From contig OZ286467.1 of assembly GCA_965644265.1 (NCBI GenBank), forward strand, positions 18,538,001 to 18,602,000: a stretch of 64,000 nt of DNA, read 5' to 3'. Source of the DNA: Glycera tridactyla. Its lineage: Eukaryota. Positions within the stretch are counted from its first letter, which is position 1. Each line of letters begins with the position of its first letter. Shown here one piece after another: positions 1 to 13,342 of this stretch. A program made the translations under genes and the position numbers. The notes beneath the pieces are model-generated. The model saw only the letters and a program-made list of their open reading frames with translations. It had not been told where the DNA came from and ran no database searches.

Positions 1-281
1 TAGTTGGTATTGTATCCATATCCATCTCTTCAGCGATATCAGTCACCAAACCTACTACCTCCATTCAGTCAATTGCCAACACATTGACAAAAATGTTACA
101 TTCTACTTGTCGGTCCTGTCATGGTATCTCCGGCGGCCCGAACTGTGTGGCTAGGACAATTTGAAGAGAAAAAAATTGTTGTATGGTTATTGGAACAAAA
201 GCAGGATGATTTGTGATCGCGAGGACTTTCTGATCAGGAAAATCTTTCGGCACATCTGACTGCATGCAAATCTCGCAAAGG

Positions 282-282
<1 letters not shown>

Positions 283-348
<66 letters not shown>
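283..348. repeat. (GAT)n microsatellite
   Basis: Direct reading. Confidence 0.97.
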
Positions 349-349
<1 letters not shown>

Positions 350-3300
350 TTTTTTTAATTGGGGGAAAACTGTATAAAGACCGGATAGTATTTGTCTAAT
401 AGCTGCAGACTTCTAGTAGCAAGGAAATCCAATTAGCCAAAACTAATGCACATAATTACAGCTGAACAGATTTTACCTCCCAGTATCCTGACAAGGTAAA
501 TGTCTACACTTCTATTTTTGTGGGCGGACCGGACACAAATCGTGTGTGAAGCACTTGTTGACTGACAGCAGGAGGTGATTTGCATGCTAATGATGTTCGA
601 AAGACTCCGCTAGTTTGTAAGATTAGCGTCAACCTTCTTACTCACTCCACCGTTACTGTTGCCTTTCTTCACTCACCATTTTCTGACATGCGACTCATAT
701 CCAGAGTGATTAGGGAACCACGCAACTGACTGTATCCGCATCTGTCTAGTCATCATCCAAATAGATGTCATAGTCATTAGGTTGAGATGAGCTTAAGTCT
801 TTAGGGTGTAGATGTAAATCAGATCTATTTCAGACGAAAGTTTACGTATTGCATCGTTGTATGTCTGCATGATAGAATCGTCCATGTATTAGTGGACATT
901 ATCTGAATGTCCGGTTGCTCTGAATCGGAGATGTGTCCTCCTCGTATGCTCATCGTTGGTGATGATACTTGGTATAAGTTGAAACTCCGCGCATAGTGAA
1001 GAGTGGCAGACTATGGAAGCAGTTATGTGTGCGATATTACGATGACGGTGATATAGAGACGATGACACATTTCTGATGTCCCTCACCATTATCCCCCAGG
1101 AATCTAAAATCCGATACCAAATGCAGCAACCATCCAAAGGACGTCGCACGCTTGCCTGTCGAACTGCATTCTTCCAGCTCATCATTCCATATCAAATTTC
1201 GTTCTCATCCCAAATTTGATCAGACAACTATCTCCATTCATTCATGAACTGCATGAAGCATGACAGGAATGCTAGATTAATATCTCCCGAAATCGCCCCC
1301 CCCCCCTTTATGAGGCATGTGATTTGATCTATGGGTCATGCCTGGAATAAGTCAGGAATCAATTCCTTTATTCTTCAATATCGATCGGATCGGTGCATGG
1401 GCAATGATCTGGATATATATTTCTATGTATGAATCAAATGCCATTTCCGCTATTATATGTCTGTTTTGTTCAAGTTGATTTTCATCGTCAGTATTGCTGA
1501 TATATGTGAATGGATGAGGCATCGAAAAAAGCATTCCCTATTGTAGTGTATTGTATCATATAGTTGGCGTCGATGCTTTTGCACGAGATGATCAGAACGA
1601 GAACGATGAAGTCACTATGATCAGCTTTATTCATATAACATATGCATCGTGGTCAACCGGTGCCAATTTCATGTATCCGTGTACAGCACCATCCATAGAA
1701 AATAAGTTCTGACATCACCACTCATTAAAGTATCGCATGAGAACCATCCATTTATATCTGAGTCATATTAGTTGTTTTCTGTCGAAAACACAAATCACGG
1801 ATGAATCATCCCGTTTTCCAACCAATGGTGATCGAGTCCGTGAGTTTCAGTAGGCAATAGGTGTTATTTTATTAACCCCGGCTTCTTGATTGCCTGATAT
1901 ATGATGCTATGTGATTCTCTGCGTGAAACCCCCCTTTTTCTCTTCGTCGTCATCAGCAGTACTTGGGAATTATTGTGAGGTATTCCCTATTGCTATTCTC
2001 GTCATTTGTTCATGAGAAATTAGCTTTGCAAATCACATCTCTTCGCTTTATTCAGAAGAGTCAGCATGCGACACTCACTTTCGACCTTGTCTTTTCCTTC
2101 ACTTGGACTCACTTTTATTTGTATCATTCCCTCTATACTTTTCAGCTTTTGTTAGCATGATATAATCCGGAAGATTCCCCTGCCGCTCACGCCAAGCCAC
2201 TGATGCAGCCTACTCACTGAGTTGTTCTCTATCCAACGTTCTTTATAGAACCAATAACTTCGAACATTCCTATCATCAAGGCTACCTAAAATATGTACTC
2301 GAAACCTGGAAGATGTGTTTGATGCTGATGAGGGTCGGTGAGCATTTGCTGGACTGACAGATCATGGTGATCCAGCAACCCACATGGGGTCCAAGTGACA
2401 AAGGTACCTGAAATTCGCAACACCTGTAGTGACGCACGCCATGGTGGTAATTGTACCCTAAGTGCTAAGTCATCTCGACTGTCAATCTATTAGTGGTCTG
2501 ACGTAGCGCTCTATCAGCATCCAAGCAATAAATTTTCATATACCTTATTCTGCACTCAAACAACATCGGTACTCTGGTAGTCAGGCAGAATAAAATATTG
2601 ATGAGAGAGTGTTGAGGCAACATTAAACAGATGATGAATAACGATAATCTGATGACTCTATTCAATGTTTTCATCATACACAGTTATAGAGACAAAGGGC
2701 AAGACCTGATTTAGAGTCTCTTCATTTACGTGTGTTGTTACCTGTACAAAGAATCAACCAATGGATGACTGATTTATAAAAGGAAAAATCAGGGACACAG
2801 AACGTAGCATGAAGACAGAGCCGGGATAGATCAGATTGATATGGAGAATAACAGACAGATAAATGGCCCGAGTATAGGCTTGAGCACCCTGGCAGCATCA
2901 TGGTGAAGTGCATGTCAATATGGACATTCTGGTGGATTTCTCTCATTATCATCCAATAAAGTATCCAGCGTATATATGACAGCATGCTACCATGCCAATA
3001 ATTCGCGAGAGAAATGCACGTGTGGTTTTCGGAAGAGGAGACTCGTCGCCCCGGTCACATGATGGGTGCGCCCCAATGAATCACCAGATAACAATCCAGG
3101 TCAAGGGTCAATAGGCAGTGTTGTAGCGCTCAAAACACTTGCCGACGATAGACATGACACGCGATCTGACATTCTCGGTGGGATTTTCAAACGTCGGGGG
3201 CTTTCAAATGTTGAATTGAATGTTCAACCTATGACGTCGCAAATGGACAAGTATCAATGATTTGTGATGAAACATCAGGTATATCATCACATCAGAAATT

Positions 3301-5379
3301 CATTCCATGATGACAGTTTCCTTCCATTTATCATCGCATCGTTCAGGATGGGAGACGATGCAAGGTAATATCCTTATTTGAAAATTCCATCTGTTGTCTG
3401 TGGAAGAAAACGAATAGTGATAGGTGTTGCCACGGCCATCAAAAGTGAGACAGAACAATGACCATTCTCCTGCTGATATGAACTACTTCGCTCAATTATC
3501 TTCCAGTGATCTAGCTTCCATTTAGGATTCGTGTTTGAATCTCGAAGATTAGCGTTGCATTTTTGGTTTCAGCATACATCCCTCTCAATCCCAGCCAATT
3601 TTCGAATGAATTTCCACCTTAGCCGTGTTGCGAGCCTCCCATGACCACTCCCCATAGATACATGGACTCAAAACCAATTCAACAGACAATCGGAACAGTC
3701 TCGTACAGTGGGTGATACATATGGGGAAATGGATTAATCCCATCCTTGTTTTATCGAGTACATGACACATAGGGTCAAGCCTAACCTACTTCAGTACCAG
3801 ACAGCATGTGTTAACTGACACGGGAAGTGATTCATAACATCTGCTGGGGAGGGGGTTGAGATGAGCTAAATTGTTTTTCGTCAAGCCAATTGGGTGAGTG
3901 AATGATGTCAGCCAGGTGTCTCACCAATAGGTCACTTTTTTCATTCACTCTTTACCACATTGTATCGTATTTCACGAATATTTAGATACATATATACCAT
4001 TGAATCATCATCATCATCTTTGCGAGATTTGCATTTGGGTAGATGTGTGGAAAGATTTGCCTCATCAGAAAGTCCATTAAGCAGGGTAATCAATCCCGCG
4101 TGGTCACAAATCATCCTGCTTTTGTTTCATCATAATCATCTGGTCGAGGCAGGGTCTGCAGCTCGGATGCTCTCGATGATCCCTCTCCCCACACCCCTCT
4201 CTACACATCTGGCATATCCAAGTGATTTAAGTGAATTTTGTCTTGTAAATGTTATGGCCACTCGTATGTCGGCGTGGATGGATTATTCTTGACAAAGTGA
4301 TATGAAAAAGGCTGACTGCATATTCTCATGTTAATCTAACTGAAGGTTCAATATAGCACACAACGATGATACATCACAGTACATACAACAACCGAGTAAA
4401 CGACGGCCTTCTCTCGTGACCGGACCTCCTTATGTGCGCTCGGCATCACCAAACCGTAGCTGGAACATCTTCATGTTTGAATTACATTATGTTTGCCGGA
4501 GGTAGTGCCCGGGAACTTCAATTGTCAACTGTAAGACAGTAGGTACATGCCATACTACTGTTGCAACTCCTTCATGGAATGAAGATGGGGTGCTGCTGAA
4601 TTGAAAGCTATTCAGGGCAGGAAGACCTGGCTTTACTTCTAAAACGTCACTGGAAGACTCCGTGAGACTTCATGTGAATTAGGTGGCTTTATGAGATTTT
4701 AATAGTGTATTTAAACATATGTATGTTCCTCGCTTGTAATGTATAGCAACTCGAAAAAGCATCCAACGCACGGACCGATGTCCAAGAAGAAGAAATTTTC
4801 TCATCGAAAGGCCTATGTATATGTTCCTTCTTCAACTAGAAAGGCAAGCACACATTACAGACTAGTGTGATACATTGACTGAGATAGGTGGATGGATGGA
4901 TTGTTGGTCGGACAATTGCATGGATGGATGGGTGGACGGATGGTTAGATAGTTTGGTACATATATAGGTAGTGAGAAAATTGAACCATACGTTTATGGAT
5001 GAATGAATCTACGGGTGTTTCAACTTGGTTGTTGCTGCTCCTGACTCCAACATATGAATTCACAGGCAAGGATTTCAACAAACAGAATGATTAGATGCGT
5101 GCTGAATGTCAGAGGCCAGTAGGTGGGAGAATTCATTACACCTCTTACAGAAGCCGCAGTAATGGCCATTGAGAGGAATAATGATCTCACCCCGCTGACA
5201 TACGCCGGACTCATTAGTAGTCTGACGCAGAGATGTCCTCACACGACTGGCACATGACTACATGGCCAGGTCACAGTCTACAGTATTTTGATCATGATTC
5301 CACATCATAGTCAGCGTGTATGAGTGAACAATGGGGCTGGATTTCTGATCCATGGTGAATCTTATCAGAAATATCACGA

Positions 5380-6230
5380 TATTATAAAGAGTAAGAAATT
5401 ATCTTTAGTGGTTATATCGGTGAAAGACACCTTCACCGTCTACACAATATCAACATGCCTTCAAATGATTGATTTAAATACATGCATACTAACATACGTA
5501 TGTGTCTAGGTCTTACAGCACAGAATCATAAGATTCTAGTCAGGTGTACACAGGTTTGCCCCACTTGCAACAACACATCTAGAAATGGACTTCCTGCCGA
5601 TAGTATACTCAAGATGGTTGGAAATTATCCTGTATAGAAATGGACTGGCAAACATGGATAAGGATTGATTACCAATGAAGGTATTTCTTTGGACCCGAAC
5701 AACTTTTGGTCTTAGCTGGCAGTCTGATATTGATCATATTTGCACATATTTAGAGGTCACCGATGCCCAGCCAGATGAGAAACCAAACAAGCTCATGGAT
5801 GCTGAAAAAGCAATCAGTTGGAAATGACAGACAGAAGTAGCAGGATACTGCACAGGAAAAACCTGAACTGTGTGAGTATCTTCAGATCAAAGATTTTCAG
5901 AAGCCTATCAACCTGGTCAAGGCAATCTTGACTTGGAATCAGCATAGCATAATTGTGAGGTCCCTGTGTGGTTTCCTGCCCCTAGACTTTGAAAGCGGCA
6001 TATATCTGGGTAGAAAGATTGGGGAGAGTAATTACAGTCTGTGCTACACCGGCATGATCGTGGATGAGGTCCAGTTTACCTTCATATGTGAGATCTTTGA
6101 TGACATCCAGGGGTTATGTTTGAATACGTGCAATTGCAAACAGAATATATATATATGTATAAATGAGTGTAGGTCAATTAGAATGCACACTTGCTTTTCT
6201 ACCCCCAATAGGCATTTTGGGAGGGAAGTA
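5380..6230 (+). mobile_element. Decayed LINE ORF2 C-terminal fragment (RTEX-like by motif)
   Basis: Manual translation gives IRF*SGVHRFAPLA..EMDFLP, LANMDKD*LPMKVFLW, and ORF 5928-6233 QHSIIVRSLCGFLPLDFESGIY..C..VDEVQFTFICEIFDDI. This matches the R.FLGVH.FAP / LRCGILPL.IETGRY..C..C..EDE.HF..C pattern of invertebrate LINE C-termini. Clade assignment is from recall. Confidence 0.75.
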
Positions 6231-6690
6231 TGATGCGCATGATAATTCATGCATCAACAAGATTGTCCACTTTCGCATGTATCCCAGCAAATAGGCATAC
6301 ATTTGCATGACATGGGATACCGAGTCGGGTAGACCCATCAGGGGCCGATGGAGATTGTACATACATTCATATAGCCCACTTCTACCAAACATTACTATTA
6401 CCACTCATAATATGTGCAACCAACCTTGATTGTATGAGACTTTTGACTCAAGGTATTCACATATGCTGTACATGATATTTCAACTCTATATATGCCTATC
6501 GAATTGAAAAGTTATCATTGTTTGTGAATAATACATTGTAAATTCCTCCAAAGACTCGGATATAAAGTTTTGTTGATTGTTGATCGCTGATCACATACAT
6601 GCTAAGAGAAATATGGGTGATTGTAATCAAAGAAAAGGAGAACATTGATCGGGATTTCACCTAACCACTTCATCTCAAGAAGCTCGAATA

Positions 6691-6692
<2 letters not shown>

Positions 6693-6755
<63 letters not shown>
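6693..6755. repeat. (CA)n microsatellite
   Basis: Direct reading. Confidence 0.97.
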
Positions 6756-6759
<4 letters not shown>

Positions 6760-7397
6760 CATATACGCACTCATATACACATATATTTAAACATATATCA
6801 CAATATTACTGCTTAATCCTCGGTAAATCCTCTAATATAGGATCCTATAAAGCTGGAGTTTGTAATATGGATTACAGCTCATCTCAATCTCAGGTGACAC
6901 TTTCGCATCAGAATGTTGACTCAGTATATAGTATACTTTGCACAGAATTCAGATGTTTACTTATATTGACAACATCGGCCTGACATTGTTGGCGATGCAT
7001 GCCAGCCTACATACCCTGGCTTCCTCTTGGCCATCAAACATATTCCAAACTGGACGACACACCTGAACAGCAATCACTCTTCCTGACAAAAAATAGTTTT
7101 CAAGATATACAATTGGTGCTGACAACGACCGACATTTTGTTACATAAAAAGGTGAAAACTCCGGCAGGTGCCCAGTCCTCCCACAATAACTACACGAAAT
7201 GTCCACAAATATAGGTGTCAATTCGGGGTTTAAGAATCCGCTGTAAAATATCTGATGGATGGCTGAGCACACTCCACGAACTGCTTCGGTTCTATCTTCT
7301 TGAAAAAATTGCCCATTTTTCCAGAATTCGCACTGAATGGTATACCAGTAAAATCATGATTAGAGAGCTGGTCGCAAATTTCCGGCCTCTGAGCCCA

Positions 7398-7622
7398 TTC
7401 TTTCTCTCCCTCTCTCTCTCTCCCTACCTCTCTTTCTCTTCCTCTCTTTCTCTTCCTCTCTTTCTCTCTCTATCTCTATATCTCTTCCCCACTCTCTCTC
7501 TATATATATATCTTCCTCCCTCTCTCTCTCTCCTTTTCTCCCACTTTCTCTCCCTCTATCTCTTTCTGTACGTCTCCATCTCTCTTTTTCACTCTCCCTC
7601 TCCCGTGCTGTTCGTCTCTCAC
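7398..7622. repeat. CT-rich polypyrimidine low-complexity tract
   Basis: Degenerate (CT)n; explains ORFs 7215-7634 and 7360-7641. Confidence 0.93.
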
Positions 7623-8103
7623 TATCAGTTTTGACAGTCACACCATGTCTCGGTCGCGGCTAGGATAACATATTTCTCCTACTCCGTAAAAAATTTCATG
7701 TGCAGGTGAGTTTACAAAGATGACATCCATATGATCAATATCACAGCATGCTATCTCGCAACCGAATGAGATCCCATGCCGACATCCTCTATAACAAGTT
7801 ATCATCGACATTGTTTTTGAGGAAACCCAGCGTCAGACATTACACGAAAACGAAAACAAGTTGCCTAATCCCATCTCGATGCTTGGGAGAGATTAAGATT
7901 CAGCACAGGTCATCCCGATCAGTGTCACATTCATTCACATTTATTCACATCCATGATAGGTCTCATCTTCGTCGCAAACCAAACTATTTGGTTCTCTTTG
8001 AGTGAGAGGGTAATAGGACACCAGGCTTGGAGATGAGTTGTCATAGTGATAGATGGAGTTTGAAGGGAGGTGACTGTCCATCTACCTGCCTGTATACCTA
8101 CAC

Positions 8104-8387
8104 NNNNNNNNNNNNNNNNNNNNNNNNNNNNNNNNNNNNNNNNNNNNNNNNNNNNNNNNNNNNNNNNNNNNNNNNNNNNNNNNNNNNNNNNNNNNNNNNN
8201 NNNNNNNNNNNNNNNNNNNNNNNNNNNNNNNNNNNNNNNNNNNNNNNNNNNNNNNNNNNNNNNNNNNNNNNNNNNNNNNNNNNNNNNNNNNNNNNNNNNN
8301 NNNNNNNNNNNNNNNNNNNNNNNNNNNNNNNNNNNNNNNNNNNNNNNNNNNNNNNNNNNNNNNNNNNNNNNNNNNNNNNNNNNNNNN
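8104..8387. other. Assembly gap (N run)
   Basis: 284 N. Confidence 1.
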
Positions 8388-8459
8388 ACCTACCAACCTA
8401 CCTAATTACTCACCTACCCAACTACCCACCTACCTACCTACCTACCTACCTACCTACCT
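8388..8459. repeat. (CTAC)n microsatellite abutting an assembly gap
   Basis: Direct reading; related sequence also occurs at 8081-8103 on the other side of the gap. Confidence 0.9.
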
Positions 8460-8849
8460 GATATCATTGTCTACCCAACCCATTCCAGCTAAGATTCTTG
8501 CTGTCTGGATTCTACCCGCTGGGTTTGTTTATTCAACCTGGGGATCTATATTCACCGTTTCTCCCTCAAATTCAGCATTTCCCAGGCCGATAGGCCTACA
8601 TGCAAACAAAAAGTTTTCAGGATAGACACTTCCTGTATACACCACAATCCACCGGGTGGCACCATGACTGTCGGCTACAGAGGTCGCTCTGCTCCAACTG
8701 ATAATCTGTATATTTCAACAAGCTTCTAGCACCTACTACCACAGCGAGGGGTGGGGTGGGACGGGAAGGACCATCTATCACAGGAAGGAATGGTAAGTGC
8801 AGATCCCAAGGTTGATTAAACGATCCCGATGATTCATCTGGAACAATTC

Positions 8850-10410
8850 TCCCTCGAATGTGCCTGGTTGCATGAGTTTGTCAACTAAACATCGGTGATT
8901 CAAGGATCTCCACAGAGTGGGCTGAAATTGAATCCGGAAATATATCAGACTGGCTTGCTTTCTCGTAAGCAGACTGTACCGGTTGCTGAATCCATTAAGT
9001 CATTCTTTCTATACAAATTGTTTCCCGATGAAGTCCTAGAAGGAGCAATAAAGAGCTCTTTCTATCAGCTCTGAGAGAGGACACCCTCTTCAAATATTCT
9101 TTCAAACTTCTCACTGGACATAAGGTCATGTGTAAATCATGTCTAATTGTACTTGCAATAGACGGAATAAGCACTTCGGGCGGAACTGATTTTTTTCACT
9201 AAGAAGTCAGGTATAGCTGAACTGGTGACTTATCTGCTGCAAACCCATCAGCACTTTCCATTCCAGAAAATCTAGCCTCTGCGTCTACCCGAAGCCAGTA
9301 CTATCAAAAATGCTCTTTTCTTGGTCAAATCCGAAACAGAACATAAACTCCCTTCATATAACAGAGAGCCAATGAGAAATTAATTCTTGATAGCACTGGC
9401 CACTCAAGCTCCTAATCAGGCAAGGCTTCTGGATCCAAGTCAGCTAAAACATTACAGTCAGTATAAACAAATACTGGCAGAAGGATATTACGATACCCTC
9501 CAAAGATCAGACTCAAATAAATAGATGAAAAAATATGCTACTCCTGGTGCATTGGGATTCTTGAAATCAATCCACCGCCTCCTACAACAAAAGAGCCACT
9601 TCTTCCACTTGCTGTTGTAGACATTGGCGGATGAAATTCTGATGAAGCAGGTGATCCGCTCGCATGCCTCTGCTGAATAATCTTCGGATAGACACCAAGT
9701 GGTCAGACTCATTATCTGTGGCTGGTGATGGTGCAACCTCTTCCTGCTCATTAACTGGGTCAATGATGCCTTCAATACAGGTAGTTTCCAGTAGGTCTTG
9801 GAACCATGACTGATTCAGCCTCCAAGGTGCTATGCACATCAGCATGATTCCCACACCCCTGAGACGATTCAGAAGCTCTTGAGAGAGAGCTGTTACAGGA
9901 TGAATGTAGGCCACTTCGAGATGATTCCAATCCGCTGATAACATGTCCACTGCCTGGTCCTCCTGATCTGGATGAGGGCAAACAGAAACTTTTAGTTTGG
10001 ACCTCGATGGAGTGGCCATGAGATCAATTGTGAGTGACATTCGGAACTTCTGAATGATCGATTTGAAATCGTTGGATCTGGCCCTATTTTGTCTGAATGG
10101 GCTTTCCCTCGACAACACATCCTTCAACACCCTGCTGTGGCCTGGATTGTGTCTCAGAATTGTCAGATTCAGCGATTGAGCTGGAGCAAAAATCTGATAG
10201 CGGTCGAAGTGTCAGACAAATTGAGAACTACCTGATTCTGCAGGAGAGCTGAAAGATGTTTTATCACGAGTGGAACAGGCTCCAGCTACAGAGTATCCAT
10301 AAGTCGTACCATACGTGACTCGGGCCATTCACCCGACACTTGATCTCATCATTATTCTGTCAAATGGGCCCCCATCTTGTAGGGAAGCATTTGTGGAACT
10401 GTCATTATTG
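8850..10410 (-). mobile_element. Decayed DIRS-type (tyrosine recombinase) retrotransposon fragment: RNase H, methyltransferase-like domain, YR
   Basis: Manual minus-strand translation. RNase H relics: T(N)ASLQ-GAHL, VVLNLSDTSTAI, LRHNPGHSRVLKDVLSR. ORF 9582-10130 has DLMATPSRSKL..AVDMLSADW..AYIHPV..IAPWRLNQSWFQDLL, the DIRS-associated Dam-like domain. YR relics: IRISSANVYNSKWKKW, LTKKRAFLIVLASGRRRG, PDFLVK, LCPVRSLKEYLKR, WIQQPVQSAY, SAHSV. Many stops and frameshifts; RT domain not seen. Confidence 0.88.
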
Positions 10411-10549
10411 CCTTCTGTAAATAGAGAGGAATCAATCGGTAATCATGGTCGCTCATTTGCTACCACCTGAGGGAAAGGAGCATCTTTTCTTGTAACTGAA
10501 TCATTATCTCTGGAGGATCGATATAGGGCGCCAAAGAGAGACGAAGAAC

Positions 10550-11020
10550 ATGATAATGATAATGGTAATAATAATAATGATAATAATGATAATAATGATG
10601 ATAATATGCATTTATGTAGCACCTTTTTCTCATGGAACTAAAGGGCGCTTCACATAGGCATGCACCTGAAAACATGTTAGAAGACATTGGGTCACGGAGT
10701 CATGGTGGGAAAGCCAGGTTGAATAAATGTGTCTTGAGTTCAGACTTGAAAATGTTGAAACAATGCACAAGCTTAATTTCCAGAGGGAGAAAGTTGTATA
10801 GATTTATAGCGGTAAAGGCAAAGGCACTGTATCCATGAATGTCTTTTCAAAACTTTAAGAAGGTGTTTTGCAGAGAAGCGGAGGGAGTGGGAGAGGTGTA
10901 TTGATGGAGTAGTTGTGCCAGGTAGCAGCGGGCCAAGCCGTGGAGGGCTTTTTAGCTGAGGGATAAGTTTTTGAAAGTTATCCGGTGATTATCAGGGAGC
11001 CAGTGGAGTTTTTTCGACCC
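10550..11020 (-). mobile_element. 5'-truncated L2 LINE 3' end with (ATT/ATC)n tail
   Basis: Minus-strand translation LHWLPDNHRITFK..KALHGLARCYLAQLL..SAFAFTAINLYNFLPLEIK..FKSELKTHLFNLAF*, followed by AAAGGTGCTACATAAATGCA and a triplet tail. This is the classic L2 terminus. Confidence 0.88.
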
Positions 11021-11136
11021 AGAATCATCAGGAGATCAGGTGAGAATATTTCCCGCCGTATGTAACTTATCCGTAATCATAGTCGCTCATTTGGCACCAC
11101 CTGAGTGGTGTAGCTGAATCATTATCTTTAGAGGAT

Positions 11137-11285
11137 ATTATCACCGTTATCATCATTATCATTATTACTACTATTACGATTATTAGTAGTATTAGCAGTA
11201 GTAGTATTAGTATTATTATTATTATTATCATCATTGTTATTATGATGATTACTATCATTACCATGAATACCATTATTATCATCTC
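11137..11285. repeat. Degenerate (ATT/ATC/AGT)n triplet microsatellite
   Basis: Direct reading. Confidence 0.9.
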
Positions 11286-11589
11286 ACTAAGATATTTTGT
11301 TCCTAGTCAATATACATTGTGAGCGGGCATTGGTAACTGTGTGTGTGTGTGTGTGTGTGTGAATGACTCCATTTTTGGGGGGATTTGAAAGAATCATGTC
11401 TAAGCTTCAAAAGTCCTACTAACACGAGTTCTGAATAGTTTCGTTTGTACTCTGACTCGAGAAGATGTTTCATTATGACCTCCTCATTTTGAGTCTAAAT
11501 GAAGATATGTTATGTTATGTTATGTTATGAAAACAGGTGCCAAAGAGGAAGAAATATCATAATAATCATAGAACGCATGAGCGGATTCC

Positions 11590-11790
11590 CAAGATAAATG
11601 AAATGGGCCATACTCGACATATTACCAAGTAGTCTCGATATTGACCTAACCGGTTGTAGAGGCCTCCCTAGACACAGTCGGATACAGAGATCAATTTCTC
11701 TTCTCTGTTGAGACCGGACGAACTTATCCCTCCTTGGTATCGAACTCGATACCTGGGTAGGTTAACTGATTGCTCGGGACAGATCTAACT
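11590..11790 (-). mobile_element. Possible third SINE-like element
   Basis: Minus-strand B-box-like GAGTTCGATACC within a small hairpin at about 11736-11753. No second copy and no TSD found. Confidence 0.3.
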
Positions 11791-13165
11791 GGTCCGAACA
11801 TAATTGCTTTCCCTCTCAGATTCACCAAAACCCAAATGACTCGGAAATCGTGGCATTATATTCGAAATACTATTTAACTCTCGATAAGGCTGGAGTTCTT
11901 TGAGGCTGACGATCCAGATTCACAGGAATACAGTGATGCTACAATGCATTAATCACAGCATCAGTAATCCGTCCATAAGCCCAACTTCACCATTTGTGAT
12001 GATCTCATAAATATTGACAACTTTCTCAAGGACCTATCGACTCGATCGGAATCGCATCTTAAGCCCTTATTCCCATCCCATCAATCTATCTATATATAAA
12101 TCTCTCCATTCATCCTTCATGTTATCTAGCTTTCTATCTGGCTTTCTCTTACATACCTATCTGTTCGCACATCTATGTGTTTGTCTCTCTATCCGTCAAG
12201 CCATCCTTAGATCAGGCCAGAACCTATCTCGAGATATAACGCATATCTCGATGTCCCGTATCCCTCCCACATTCAATTCTTCGTATCGTACTTTGATAAA
12301 ACATGCCGTTCAGATGGTACTCAAAATAATAACATGAGAATTAGGTGTCATCAAGGATTGAATGGTCCCACGCATTACGTTTATGATACAGCTCTGGATT
12401 CAAATATCGCAACGTAACTGTCTCTAGTTACCCTAAATCTTCACCCATTTTCCACGTTGGAGTGACGATAACTCCTGGCTCAGATTTGATACCTCATGGG
12501 GAGACTCATTATTTGTCCCACTGTCATATATCATCTTGAATAAGTGATATGTATATATCGACGTGTTGGAATTGGGCTTCACTGATTCAATCCTGTCAAT
12601 ATAAGTTGATCAAGCCTCGCCATCAATATCAGCACTAAACACGTTTGATTGATGTTCATGTCTATCTTGACATTGTTTAACCTTCATTGACGAATGACCC
12701 CATAACACAAAATGACATAATTCAATTCCACATAAGGCGATACGGCATGCTACCACACCATAAAATGCAATGCAATACCAGACCAGTGAGTCAAATGCTA
12801 CCAGCTCCATATAACACAACCTGATATGCTGTGACTTCTGTTGATGGTCGCTTCTGACTGCTTATACCTACACGAGTGAAACAAATGTACGCCCATTTCA
12901 ACGACGTCATGATGTCATTTATTTGTGTCAATGCTCAAGTGGGAAAAAACAAGAGGACCTGACCATATGCTTTGATGCGGGAAGATAGTATGCTTCATAC
13001 ACAAAATTTAGTGAAAACGTTCCTTCAATCTGACAACCTGTCGACAGAATTTACTGTGATAGTTCCTCTTTGGCATTTCTTCATGGCAAGAATAATGACT
13101 CCTTCTTTCTATCTCAGAATCCCATTGTATAATTCTGTTCTCCAGCACTTTTTCTTTGAGCAGCA

Positions 13166-13342
13166 GAGCCTGCCTTGGCTCAGTAGTAGCATGCTGGGCC
13201 GGCTTGCAATAGGTCCGGGGTTCAATCCCCGGTCCTACCATGCAGGAACGTTTCACCCTTCCGTTCGCTCCTCCTTGGCAGGTGGTCCGATTTAGCATAC
13301 TCAAGTGCAGAAAGTGGACCTAAAACCTCAACATTTCATTTC
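13166..13342 (+). mobile_element. tRNA-derived SINE, family A, full length
   Basis: A-box TGGCTCAGTAGTAG (13176-13189), B-box GGTTCAATCCC (13219-13229), (CATTT)-type tail. 15-bp TSD TTTCTTTGAGCAGCA at 13151-13165 and 13343-13357. Confidence 0.88.

Noticed and set aside
8629-8787. DIRS internal complementary region or terminal inverted repeat
   Set aside because: Only 8 bp (CTTCCTGT/ACAGGAAG) match exactly, too short to support.
13176-13229. tRNA gene
   Set aside because: A and B boxes are present, but I could not fold a cloverleaf, and the sequence continues into a shared SINE body with a tail and TSD.
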